From a virus: DNA of 64,000 nucleotides. A program made the position numbers and the translations under genes. The stretch is from the IMG/VR virus record IMGVR_UViG_3300027798_000020, positions 47,101 through 111,100 of that record; one strand, 5' to 3'. The notes beneath the pieces were generated by a model. The model had not been told where the DNA came from, ran no database searches, and saw only the letters and a program-made list of their open reading frames with translations. Positions 37,675 to 47,032 of this stretch are shown here, one piece after another (position 1 is the first letter of the stretch; every line of letters begins with the position of its first letter).

Positions 37675-39936
37675 ATGGTAGAACCAAGCGACAGTCTCCA
37701 AGCAGTTTTTGAAAAAGCTATCGAAAGTGCAAGACAACAAAGACATGAATATTTAACAATAGAACACTTGTTGTTTGCTATGCTATGCGAAGAGTCATTT
37801 GCTAACTGCCTACAAGGCTACGGAAGTGATCCTGATTATATTAAAAAGAATCTTGAGCACTACCTAAAGAATAAATGTGCAGAAATCACAGTAGAAGATG
37901 TTGTAGTTAAGCCAAAGAAAACTCAATCAGTTGAACGGGTACTTAATCGTGCATTTACTCAGGTGCTGTTTAACGGCAGGCAGCGGATTGAGCCTGCAGA
38001 TGTATTCCTATCAATTATTGGTGAGAAACGCTCTTGGGCATACTTTTATATCCAACAAGCAGGCATCGATAAAGATAAATTTGCAGATTATCTAAACAAC
38101 GTATCTGAATCACCAGAGGAAGAAGAGCTGCCAGACCAAGTTGGAACTAAAGCTCTTAAAGCGTTTACTACCAATCTTAATGATGCAGTTAAGAAGGGAG
38201 CAGTTGATCCGGTAATTGGACGCATTGACGAGCTAGAAAATATTGCTCTAGCATTAGGTCGTCGTAGTAAAAACAACGTTATCCTAGTTGGTGATCCAGG
38301 TGTTGGTAAAACTGCCATTGCAGAAGGCCTTGCTTACAATATTGTCAAAGGTGCAGTTCCGGACTTTCTAAAAGATTATACTGTCTTTAACTTAGATATT
38401 AGTGCAATGCTTGCAGGTAGTAAGTATCGTGGAGATTTTGAAGAGCGTTTTAAAGCAGTGCTTAAAGGTCTTAGTAAGAAAGGTAAGACTGTGTTGTTTA
38501 TCGATGAAGCACATATGATTAGTGGTGCAGGTTCAGCAAGCAACTCAGCAAACGACCTTGCCAATATGATGAAGCCTGCACTAAGCAAAGGCAATATCAA
38601 AGTAGTTGCATCAACTACATGGGAAGAGTATCGCAAGCACTTTGAGAAAGATCGTGCGCTAATGCGAAGATTCCAACGTATTACTGTTGATGAGCCAACT
38701 ACAGAAGTTACCTTACAGATTCTTAAAGGTATTAAAAAATACTATGAGACACATCACAATGTTAAGATTAAAGACGAAGCGTTGCAAATTGCAATTAAGT
38801 TAAGTGTACGATATCAGGCAGATAAGAAATTACCTGATAAAGCAATTGACCTTATTGACTGTGCATGTTCTAGATTTAATTTAAAGCTAGCCGATGAACG
38901 AGTAGTTGGTGCTAAAGAAATTGAATACGAGTTGTCAAAGATGATTCAAATTCCAGAAGAAGTAGTAGCGGAACAGGAAAGTGACGGGCTTGTTACGTTA
39001 CAAACTCGTCTACAGGATGAAGTGTTTGGTCAAGATCTTGCAGTGCAAGAAGTAGTTGATAAGATCGTAGTAGCCAGAGCCGGATTAAAACCTGACAACA
39101 AACCAGTTGGGTCGTTTGTGTTTATGGGACCAACTGGTTGTGGTAAGACTGAAACTGCCAAGTCACTTGCAAAACACTTAGGAGTTAAGTTACTACGATT
39201 TGATATGTCAGAATATCAAGAGAAGCATAGTATCTCTAAGCTGATCGGTAGTCCTCCGGGATATGTCGGATTTGAAGAAAATGCCGGACAACTAATTACA
39301 CAGATTCAAGAAAACCCAAATGCTGTGTTATTATTTGACGAAGTTGAAAAATCACATCCAGATGTAACAACTGTACTCTTACAAATGATGGATAACGGTT
39401 TTATTACTGGATCAAACGGAAAGCAAGCAGACTGTAGGAATTTACTATTAATCCTTACTACAAATGCTGGCGCTCAAAGTGCTGAAAAGAATAACATCGG
39501 TTTTGGTAAGCAAGAAAAAGAATATGCCGATACTGATCTTAAAAAGTTCTTTACGCCAGAGTTCCGTAATCGTTTAGACGGTATTATTACTTTTAACAAA
39601 CTTGAAAAATCTACTATGACTAAGATCGTTACTAAGTTTATCGATGAACTTAAGGAACAGGTCAAAGAAAAGGGCGTTCGTATCAAGATTGATAAAGATG
39701 CAGTTGAGTGGTTGATTGACAAAGGATTTGATAGCAAGATGGGAGCTCGTCCATTACAGCGTGTGATTGACAAAGAGATTAAACGCGACCTTGCTAAAAT
39801 GATGTTGTTTGGAGATTTAAAACTTGGCGGATGGTTAACTATTACTATAGCAGACGACAAGTTATTCCTATCATCTAGAGGTAAGACTCCAAAAATTCCG
39901 TTGATATCAACGACTGTTTTAGAAAATGCTGACTAA
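37675..39936 (+). CDS. clpA: ATP-dependent Clp protease ATPase subunit ClpA
   Basis: Clp-N domain, two AAA+ modules (GDPGVGKT, GPTGCGKT), IGF ClpP-docking loop, MGARPL. Confidence 0.92.
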   Translation: MVEPSDSLQAVFEKAIESARQQRHEYLTIEHLLFAMLCEESFANCLQGYGSDPDYIKKNLEHYLKNKCAEITVEDVVVKPKKTQSVERVLNRAFTQVLFNGRQRIEPADVFLSIIGEKRSWAYFYIQQAGIDKDKFADYLNNVSESPEEEELPDQVGTKALKAFTTNLNDAVKKGAVDPVIGRIDELENIALALGRRSKNNVILVGDPGVGKTAIAEGLAYNIVKGAVPDFLKDYTVFNLDISAMLAGSKYRGDFEERFKAVLKGLSKKGKTVLFIDEAHMISGAGSASNSANDLANMMKPALSKGNIKVVASTTWEEYRKHFEKDRALMRRFQRITVDEPTTEVTLQILKGIKKYYETHHNVKIKDEALQIAIKLSVRYQADKKLPDKAIDLIDCACSRFNLKLADERVVGAKEIEYELSKMIQIPEEVVAEQESDGLVTLQTRLQDEVFGQDLAVQEVVDKIVVARAGLKPDNKPVGSFVFMGPTGCGKTETAKSLAKHLGVKLLRFDMSEYQEKHSISKLIGSPPGYVGFEENAGQLITQIQENPNAVLLFDEVEKSHPDVTTVLLQMMDNGFITGSNGKQADCRNLLLILTTNAGAQSAEKNNIGFGKQEKEYADTDLKKFFTPEFRNRLDGIITFNKLEKSTMTKIVTKFIDELKEQVKEKGVRIKIDKDAVEWLIDKGFDSKMGARPLQRVIDKEIKRDLAKMMLFGDLKLGGWLTITIADDKLFLSSRGKTPKIPLISTTVLENAD

Positions 39937-40540
39937 AGAAACTAGACGTCTATTTCAAGGACAATACCAGTACAAGGCAGTACTGGTATGTCCGGCGGCG
40001 GGCTGGTTTAGAGGTAGAAATGTCAGTGAAGCGTTAGATAAGATAAAAGAAAACGGTATTGGTGCTCATAAAAATCCGTTTAATAAAGTTAAAACCCCAG
40101 AAGATTTTGACTATTGCATGAAACTGGCCAAGACTATTTTAAAAATGTCAAATTTTAATATTAGAGTTGAAAGCCCGTTTATAAGTTTCTATACAAACAA
40201 TCGTCAAGATATTGATCTATTAACTAAATTAGATACCGAAAGAGTGAAATATATTAGTATTCCTTCTGGTACTGTTGAAATGAATACTATTATAATGCCT
40301 AAAATTGACTTTGATTTTAGAGTTACCTTAGGAAAAAGTAATAAACCACAAGATAGCTTTGTAGAGTGGGCCGATGCTAACAGTAAGATTAAACTAACTA
40401 AAGGCTGTAAGAGTCAGTTGCTTAGATCAGTAAGCTGGGGCGGGAGCTATTTTTACGTTAAAGGCGAAAAACAGCTACTAATGGCTAAAATGATGCTGGG
40501 TGGCAGCATTAACAAAGTAGAAACTATTGTTAAAAAATAG
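39926..40540 (+). CDS. Hypothetical protein
   Basis: 204-aa ORF overlapping the clpA end. Confidence 0.7.
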   Translation: MLTKETRRLFQGQYQYKAVLVCPAAGWFRGRNVSEALDKIKENGIGAHKNPFNKVKTPEDFDYCMKLAKTILKMSNFNIRVESPFISFYTNNRQDIDLLTKLDTERVKYISIPSGTVEMNTIIMPKIDFDFRVTLGKSNKPQDSFVEWADANSKIKLTKGCKSQLLRSVSWGGSYFYVKGEKQLLMAKMMLGGSINKVETIVKK

Positions 40541-40610
40541 TTTGGTCGTAGATTTTATCCTAAGATAAATACACTAAGACATTGTCTTTGTGCAATTACG
40601 GGCTTATAAC

Positions 40611-40964
40611 ATGCGAATTAACGAACTAGTAGAAAATATTGATTTAGATCTACACTTTAATAATAAAAAACAGGAAGATACAGGCTTTGACATAGCTGAA
40701 GATCTGTTGTTTTATATGCAAAACAACGACGATGTGTATCGTCGGCATGTTTATCCCCAGGTAATCAAGCATAAAGCCGCTATGAAAACTGGCAAGGCTA
40801 ACCGTAGCCTATTCAGCAATGCTACTCTCGAAGCTTACAAAGCATATTCAGCAGAGTTTCCAATTAAAAAACTACCATCTAAATTACCTAAAGATGTTCA
40901 AGAAAAAGTTTGCTTAGAACTTTATAAGAAGTGTACTGAAGAATTTAGTACCGGTAAAAAATAA
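40611..40964 (+). CDS. Late protein with capsid-targeting-like leader
   Basis: TAAATA at 40566; starts MRINELVE. Confidence 0.65.
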   Translation: MRINELVENIDLDLHFNNKKQEDTGFDIAEDLLFYMQNNDDVYRRHVYPQVIKHKAAMKTGKANRSLFSNATLEAYKAYSAEFPIKKLPSKLPKDVQEKVCLELYKKCTEEFSTGKK

Positions 40965-42196
40965 TGCTACTTAGAGAACTATTTGCTTTTACAGAAGCTA
41001 AAAAACAAACTGCTATCGATGACGATAGCATGGATCGATACGGACGTCCGTTTAATCATCCAGAGCATTTTGTTTTTTTTAAGGGACAGCGTGGCACACT
41101 AGAGCAATTAAATAATTTTAAAGAAATTATTGAAGAAAAACCAGGTAAGACATCACTAAGGCGTAAGTGGGATGGTAATCCTCAAGTTTATTGGGGTAGA
41201 GAAGTTAAAAACGGCCCGTTAATCTTAGTAGGTCATAACCAATGGTCTCGAGGTGTTAAAGCAGAAAGTCCTAAAGAGATTGTTGACTTTATTGTTAATC
41301 AAAGTGGCACAGCCAAGACTGCTGATGAAGTTGCTAAACGTAATCAGTTTGCACAGAACTTTGCCAACCTTTATCCTTTATTTGATGCGGCAACACCTAA
41401 AGACTTTGTAGGATTTGTTTATGCCGATGCACTATACGGTGTTGACCCATTACTAAACAAGAGTCTTGATGACGGTGGTGCAGACTACCCCAAGGGGATT
41501 TATACTTTCTGTCCTAATCCAAGATCCAATACTTGCTATCATGTAGATGCAGGCAGTGAATTAGGTAACAGGATTGCACAAGCCAAGGTAATGGTAGTAG
41601 GGCACGGTTATTTCTCAACGTTTGGTATGAATGATGCCTCTCAAGAACCACTTGATGATTTTGATATGTTTAATCAAAGTCCAGGATTAATCGTTCAAGG
41701 TCCTATCTATACAGAAACTGCACCTGAAGTAGATCAATCTGTATTAGAAGAAGTTAACCAAGCTATAGAATATGCAGAACAATACGGTGCAACTATTGAT
41801 AATTTCTTAGGGTCATTACCTGATCCAGATAAGAATGGAATTTTTTACCCATTCTTTAATCAAATGAGCAGAGAACATGCTAAGGGGCAACGAAACTTTT
41901 CTGATCTTGCTGGACACGATTTTACAGAATGGATGAAAAAGAAAGGTGTTAGTGCCGCTAAACAAAAACATATTGTTGATATGGTACAAGAGCACCCCGG
42001 CGGATTAGACGCTATCTTTTTTCTAATTAAAGAAATAAGAGATATTAAAGATGCAATAGATGCATCAGTTAAATCGCAACCTCGTCGAGAGATATGGGAC
42101 ACTAACGGTGAAGGACATGTACGTTATCCACAGAAGCATCATAAATTTGGTGCAGTTAAGTATGTTCCAACTACTTGGGTTCCTGCAGGAAATTAA
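40964..42196 (+). CDS. Ligase-like nucleotidyltransferase (KxDG; DUF6267-like)
   Basis: KWDG motif I, C-terminal GEGHV and VKYV resembling motifs IV/V; leader MLLRELFAFTE. Confidence 0.55.
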   Translation: MLLRELFAFTEAKKQTAIDDDSMDRYGRPFNHPEHFVFFKGQRGTLEQLNNFKEIIEEKPGKTSLRRKWDGNPQVYWGREVKNGPLILVGHNQWSRGVKAESPKEIVDFIVNQSGTAKTADEVAKRNQFAQNFANLYPLFDAATPKDFVGFVYADALYGVDPLLNKSLDDGGADYPKGIYTFCPNPRSNTCYHVDAGSELGNRIAQAKVMVVGHGYFSTFGMNDASQEPLDDFDMFNQSPGLIVQGPIYTETAPEVDQSVLEEVNQAIEYAEQYGATIDNFLGSLPDPDKNGIFYPFFNQMSREHAKGQRNFSDLAGHDFTEWMKKKGVSAAKQKHIVDMVQEHPGGLDAIFFLIKEIRDIKDAIDASVKSQPRREIWDTNGEGHVRYPQKHHKFGAVKYVPTTWVPAGN

Positions 42197-42198
42197 TC

Positions 42199-43473
42199 AT
42201 GAAATTAAGAGAATTTTTTACAATAGAAGCAAGTTTAGCATTAGGAAAATTTGGTGCTAGGACTGTCGACGATGTTGTAAAAAGCAGTGACGATATTGCA
42301 AAGACAGGAACTACTACACAGTCAGTTGGACAGAAAGTAGGGACAAAAATTGCGGCTGGTACAAAGGTTCAGGCAAAATCAAAAGAAAAAGAAACTGATC
42401 AAGAAGTTGCTATAATATTTGGACGGTTTAATCCACCACACGTTGGCCACAAAGAAGCATGGATCAAAGCATCTGAAAGTCCTGTTTGGTATTTAGGAAC
42501 TAATCAAGCAACTGTCGGTCCAAGCGACCCGTTGCCATATGAAGTTAAAGTTGAATGCATTAAGACAATTTGGTCGGGCACTGAAGGACATATAGTGCCA
42601 GAGCAGACGTGGTGGACATTAGCCACTTACGTTTATAAAAAACACGGCCCAGTGACATTGGTCGTTGTTACAGACGAACAAGATGCAAAAGTGTTTGTAC
42701 CAGGATTGCAGAAATCAAATGGCGTACAAGGGCCGCACGGTTTTTATAACTTTAAAAAAATTGAGTGGAGAAAAGCTGATAGAATTTCCTCAGCTACTGA
42801 TCTTAGGGCCGCAGTACTAGAAGGCAATAGGAAAAAATTCACTCAGGCTGCAGGCGTAAGTAGTGAAACTCCGGTAATGGGTAAACCATTCTTTGATGTT
42901 GTAGCCAAATATCTATTGCCTTACAAAGATCAAATATTAGCTTCAATGGCTAGAAAAGCCGCTAAAGCTGTTAAGAAGAACGAAGATGCAGCCGGTGTAG
43001 GCATTATTACCAAACAAAATACCACAGTAGATGTTGATGCATCTACACCATACAAGAATTTAAAAGCATTTGGTCTAGTAAAAGAAACACTTGACGAAAT
43101 AGAACAAGCCATGATGGCTGAAGCAAAACAAGCTAAAATATCAAAGCGACAAAGTCAGTCGAGTCGAGGTATAAGCATCTACGGTGACGAAGAAAAAGCC
43201 AACAGTGATTATGTAGCATTCAAGTTAGGTCAAGCTATGGCTAGCACTGACGGCAAAACTGTTCCTGACATTGATGCTAAGAGTTGGTATGGAAAAAAGA
43301 AAACTGTGCATCCATATACAGAAGTTGAAAATGAAATGTTTAAAAAGGCCGCTAAGGCAGTGGGTGCTTCTTACACTGATCTAAATAACGGCGATATGGA
43401 AAGTAAAGAGTTAGATAGTACTAATACAGTAAGTCCGATCCCAACACGTAAGACTAACCAATACGGTGTGTAA
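42199..43473 (+). CDS. HxGH nucleotidyltransferase (cytidylyl/NMN-adenylyltransferase-like) with extra modules
   Basis: IIFGRFNPPHVGH, DPLPYEVK, ISSATDLR; leader MKLREFFTIE. Confidence 0.75.
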   Translation: MKLREFFTIEASLALGKFGARTVDDVVKSSDDIAKTGTTTQSVGQKVGTKIAAGTKVQAKSKEKETDQEVAIIFGRFNPPHVGHKEAWIKASESPVWYLGTNQATVGPSDPLPYEVKVECIKTIWSGTEGHIVPEQTWWTLATYVYKKHGPVTLVVVTDEQDAKVFVPGLQKSNGVQGPHGFYNFKKIEWRKADRISSATDLRAAVLEGNRKKFTQAAGVSSETPVMGKPFFDVVAKYLLPYKDQILASMARKAAKAVKKNEDAAGVGIITKQNTTVDVDASTPYKNLKAFGLVKETLDEIEQAMMAEAKQAKISKRQSQSSRGISIYGDEEKANSDYVAFKLGQAMASTDGKTVPDIDAKSWYGKKKTVHPYTEVENEMFKKAAKAVGASYTDLNNGDMESKELDSTNTVSPIPTRKTNQYGV

Positions 43474-43712
43474 TGAACGAATTAGATCAAATTAAAAAGT
43501 TAGCAGGGATAAACGAGTTTAAAGGATATTTAAACTATAGCCCTGTTGATCCGTTTGGTGGGAGTAATATCAGCCTTACTGGAAACGAAAAAGGCGAACT
43601 AATGAAACAACATAATATCAAACCCGGAACTCCAGAGTGGTTCCAGCTTTGGTTTAGTTTGCCAAAGCTAACTGGAGAGAAACCAGTGGGTGAAGGAATA
43701 AGGACAAAATAA
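43473..43712 (+). CDS. Small phage protein
   Basis: MNELDQIKKLAGINE leader; NIKPGTPEWFQLWFSLP. Confidence 0.7.
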   Translation: MNELDQIKKLAGINEFKGYLNYSPVDPFGGSNISLTGNEKGELMKQHNIKPGTPEWFQLWFSLPKLTGEKPVGEGIRTK

Positions 43713-44233
43713 TGAAGGTCATACAAATTTTATCAGAAGTGTATGGTCGTAATCCAGACACAATGAGTCCCGGTGATTACGATCGTTACCAGCAAAATCA
43801 AATGGATTCTGAAAGACGTAATTTTAAACGTGGTGAAATGGAACATGAATTAGGTCACGAAGATGATCCCGACTTTGAAAGAAAACTACGTCAGCAACAA
43901 AAGAACAAAGACCGCGGCCCTTGGTACTTACGTGTTAACGGAAAGATACTAAAAAGCCAAGGCGAACCTAAGACGTTTGAATGGAAAAAAGGTGCTAATA
44001 ACTATGCCCTGGCAATAATCAAAAATAAACCTGAATTACAAGGTAAGATTATGCTTACCAAACGCCCGCAAGACGACGAAACAGTGGTAGAGATTGCCTC
44101 TAGCGGTGCAACAACTGCCGGTGATATGTCGGTCGGAGCAGTACATAAGAATCAAAGCCCTAAGATGCAAACGCCCACAGATAACGCCGTAGACGGCGAT
44201 AATCTACTGACCGGCGGCAGCATCAAACGCTAA
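43712..44233 (+). CDS. Modular hypothetical protein (probable internal head protein)
   Basis: MKVIQILSE leader; coupled to upstream ORF. Confidence 0.65.
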   Translation: MKVIQILSEVYGRNPDTMSPGDYDRYQQNQMDSERRNFKRGEMEHELGHEDDPDFERKLRQQQKNKDRGPWYLRVNGKILKSQGEPKTFEWKKGANNYALAIIKNKPELQGKIMLTKRPQDDETVVEIASSGATTAGDMSVGAVHKNQSPKMQTPTDNAVDGDNLLTGGSIKR

Positions 44234-44258
44234 ATATAAGACTACGGAGTTTTTTACC

Positions 44259-45533
44259 ATGCAAGATATGAACGAACCACAATCAGCAATGCCAACAGAT
44301 CATGAAGGCGCAATGGCCAAGGCTGATCTATACAAACTAGCAAATTATAGCTATAAGCTGTTTAAAATGTTAGATGGAGACCAACAATTAGAAGGTTGGG
44401 TCCAAGCTAAGATTACTAAAGCGGCCGATTACATTGCGTCTGTGTATCACTACATGGAATACGAGATGAAATTTAGCGAATACGGAGAACAGTTAGAAAC
44501 TGCCGACGTATACTCTGAAAGTCAACGAGTTGAACTGCGTAACAAGCTGATGGAAGCTAAAGACAAGATTAAACAGTTAAAGCAGAAGCAAGCTGAAAAA
44601 ATGTCTAAGAAAGATGTTAAAGAAGAAAAAGAAGAAAAGTCGTCAACTGGTGGTAAGATTGATCGTAGTAAAAAAGGTGTTACCAAGCATACACAAAATC
44701 CAAATCGTTTTAGCGATGAGCCGCATACAGAACCAAAGTCACAAGCCAAGTCACAATCAGCTGCCGATAAAGCAAGTGACAAGGCTGCTGACAAAGCAGA
44801 AGAAAAAGAAGGCAAGAACTGGGAAAAGCGTTTTGGTAAAGATTCCGTAACTCGTGTTAAAGACGGCCAAAAAGTTAAAGAAGCACTTGATCCTGTAGGT
44901 AAAGAAGACGACGACGTAGACAATGACGGTCAAAAGAATACCAAGTCTGACAAGTATATCAAAACAAAACGTGCCGCTGTAAGTAAAGCAGTAGCTAAAA
45001 ATGTTAAAGAAGCTGCCGATGAAAAATGTAACCATACTGCCAAAGGCAAAAAATGCCCAGTGCATGGTTTGAAAGAATGTGGCGGCATGTCTGAAGCTTC
45101 CAAGCCAGACTTCTTAGACGTAAACAAAAACAAAAACAAAAAAGAACCAATGAAGCAGGCTATTGCTGACACAAAGAAAGGCACTGCACCGAAGAAAGGT
45201 GTAAATCCTTTTGCTAAAAAAGATTCTCCAGTTAAAAAAGCTGTTGCTAAAGCAAAAGCCAAAATGGAAGGTTCTATTCAAGGCGGTGTATGGGTAAGCA
45301 GTCCCGACAAAGGTGTTCCTCCCCCACAAGACGTAGACGGCGGAAGCGTTGCCCCTGCAAAGAAAGCTAAAAGCCCTTTCCCAAGCCGTAATGATCCAAA
45401 GAAGGCAGCAGGTGCGGCTGCTACTAAACCTGGCACGGCTAATCCAGCAATGCCAAGTCGTAACAAAGAAACAGTAAAAGAATCTGCAGATTTGTTTCGT
45501 ATGAAGCAATTAATGACTCGCTTAAACGGATAA
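44259..45533 (+). CDS. Highly charged modular protein (probable internal head/core protein)
   Basis: TAAATA at 44231; LEGWVQAKITKAADY domain; modules separated by VKE/MSE/MEG. Confidence 0.65.
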   Translation: MQDMNEPQSAMPTDHEGAMAKADLYKLANYSYKLFKMLDGDQQLEGWVQAKITKAADYIASVYHYMEYEMKFSEYGEQLETADVYSESQRVELRNKLMEAKDKIKQLKQKQAEKMSKKDVKEEKEEKSSTGGKIDRSKKGVTKHTQNPNRFSDEPHTEPKSQAKSQSAADKASDKAADKAEEKEGKNWEKRFGKDSVTRVKDGQKVKEALDPVGKEDDDVDNDGQKNTKSDKYIKTKRAAVSKAVAKNVKEAADEKCNHTAKGKKCPVHGLKECGGMSEASKPDFLDVNKNKNKKEPMKQAIADTKKGTAPKKGVNPFAKKDSPVKKAVAKAKAKMEGSIQGGVWVSSPDKGVPPPQDVDGGSVAPAKKAKSPFPSRNDPKKAAGAAATKPGTANPAMPSRNKETVKESADLFRMKQLMTRLNG

Positions 45534-45537
45534 TTAT

Positions 45538-46590
45538 ATGGACATGAAGAAACTTCTACAGACCTTAGACAGCTCTTCTAAAAAGGCTGCAGAAGGGTCC
45601 AGCGACATGAAAAAACTTCTTCAGGTGGTTACCGAAGGTAAGAATCCTAAGACTAATAGATTGTCACAGGCAGAAAATATAGTGTATATGAATACACCTA
45701 AACCAAAGCCAGTTGATCTAAACGAAACTCCTAGTCTGTTTAAAACTTATCTAAAGCTAGTTGAAGAAGAAGACATTAATCAAGAAGACAACTTAAGACT
45801 AAAATTGTCTGAACACTTGTCCGAAGTAAAAAGTACTCCTGCACCAAAGCCACCTAACTTTGTAGCCAAACACGCTATGAAAACAACCAGCGGTGCTGGC
45901 GCACACACAAATAAAAAGCGAGCTGAAAAGCAAGGCGATGTCAAACACAAGAAACAGGCAGTTCCTGTAGATGAAAACTTATTGACAATGGAAAGTCAAA
46001 GTGTGTTAGAAGGCAGCGCACACGGATATAATGTTACTAAATTTTATAGAAAATTTAGAGACCAGAGTAAAATTACTAGGTGGTTAAAGAAAGAAGCGGG
46101 CCTGCCAAAAGAAACAAAGCTGTACTTTGATGATGCTGATCTAGTGTTAGGCAGTGATACTATTGTGCCATATGCTCTAGTTGATGAAACTTTAAAATTT
46201 AACGATTTACTAACTGCACTAGTTAAAGTAACAGGTGGCACAGCAAAACAAAAAGTAGACGGTGTGTATAGATCGCAAGGTGTAGATGAAAACTTATCCC
46301 CGCCAGATGGAGCAACTGCTCCGCCACCAAAAGGCAAAGATGGTCAGTATCCTATTGTAACATCTGGACCACACAAAGGTAAAAGATGGAGCCCACAAAC
46401 TCCGGGCCCTACAAATCCAGCGTTCAAAGAAGGTGTAGCAGGCCCACAGCACTGCTGGCCTGGGCACAGAAAAGTTGGCACCCAACCTGGTACTGGCAAG
46501 AACGCAGGTAAGCGTGTAAACGACTGCGAGAAGATTAAAAAAGAAAGCGTTAAGCCTAAAACAACACCAGTGAACGAAGGCGACGAGTAA
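45538..46590 (+). CDS. Modular polyprotein-like protein (probable internal head protein)
   Basis: Duplicated DMKKLLQ leader; modules bounded by VDE/LEG/KEG; CWPGH...NDC module. Confidence 0.65.
   Translation: MDMKKLLQTLDSSSKKAAEGSSDMKKLLQVVTEGKNPKTNRLSQAENIVYMNTPKPKPVDLNETPSLFKTYLKLVEEEDINQEDNLRLKLSEHLSEVKSTPAPKPPNFVAKHAMKTTSGAGAHTNKKRAEKQGDVKHKKQAVPVDENLLTMESQSVLEGSAHGYNVTKFYRKFRDQSKITRWLKKEAGLPKETKLYFDDADLVLGSDTIVPYALVDETLKFNDLLTALVKVTGGTAKQKVDGVYRSQGVDENLSPPDGATAPPPKGKDGQYPIVTSGPHKGKRWSPQTPGPTNPAFKEGVAGPQHCWPGHRKVGTQPGTGKNAGKRVNDCEKIKKESVKPKTTPVNEGDE
45966..46297 (+). repeat. 17-bp perfect direct repeat flanking an in-frame module (315-bp period)
   Basis: TGTAGATGAAAACTTAT at 45966-45982 and 46281-46297. 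Confidence 0.85.
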
Positions 46591-46591
46591 C

Positions 46592-47029
46592 ATGGAAGAT
46601 TTAAAGCAGTCAATGAAAGTAGCTATGGCTAGCACCTTTGTGTTTTACATGAAAGCACACTACTTTCATTTCAATGTTGAAGGTATATTCTTTAAACAGT
46701 TCCATGATTTATTTGGTGCTATATACGAAGAAGTATACGGCAGCATTGATCAGTTTGGTGAAGAAATTCGCGCACTAGGATCTTATACACCAATGAGCAT
46801 TGGCAGATTTCAGGAACTTAGTGTTATTGACGAACCACCCGGTGTAGTCAGTGCTGAAGAAATGGTTAACGAACTTATGCAAGACAACGCCAAATTGATT
46901 GAACTACTTAATCAAGTATTTGGTCTTGCAGATTCAACTAATGAACAAGGATTAGCTGATTTTATAGCTGGTCGTTTAGACTCACATAAAAAACATGCTT
47001 GGATGCTTAGAGCAACTAGCAAAGGATAA
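46592..47029 (+). CDS. dps: Dps / ferritin-like DNA protection protein
   Basis: HYFHFNVEG..F...H..F...YEE....D..GE; HKKHAWMLRA. Confidence 0.9.
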   Translation: MEDLKQSMKVAMASTFVFYMKAHYFHFNVEGIFFKQFHDLFGAIYEEVYGSIDQFGEEIRALGSYTPMSIGRFQELSVIDEPPGVVSAEEMVNELMQDNAKLIELLNQVFGLADSTNEQGLADFIAGRLDSHKKHAWMLRATSKG

Positions 47030-47032
47030 ATC

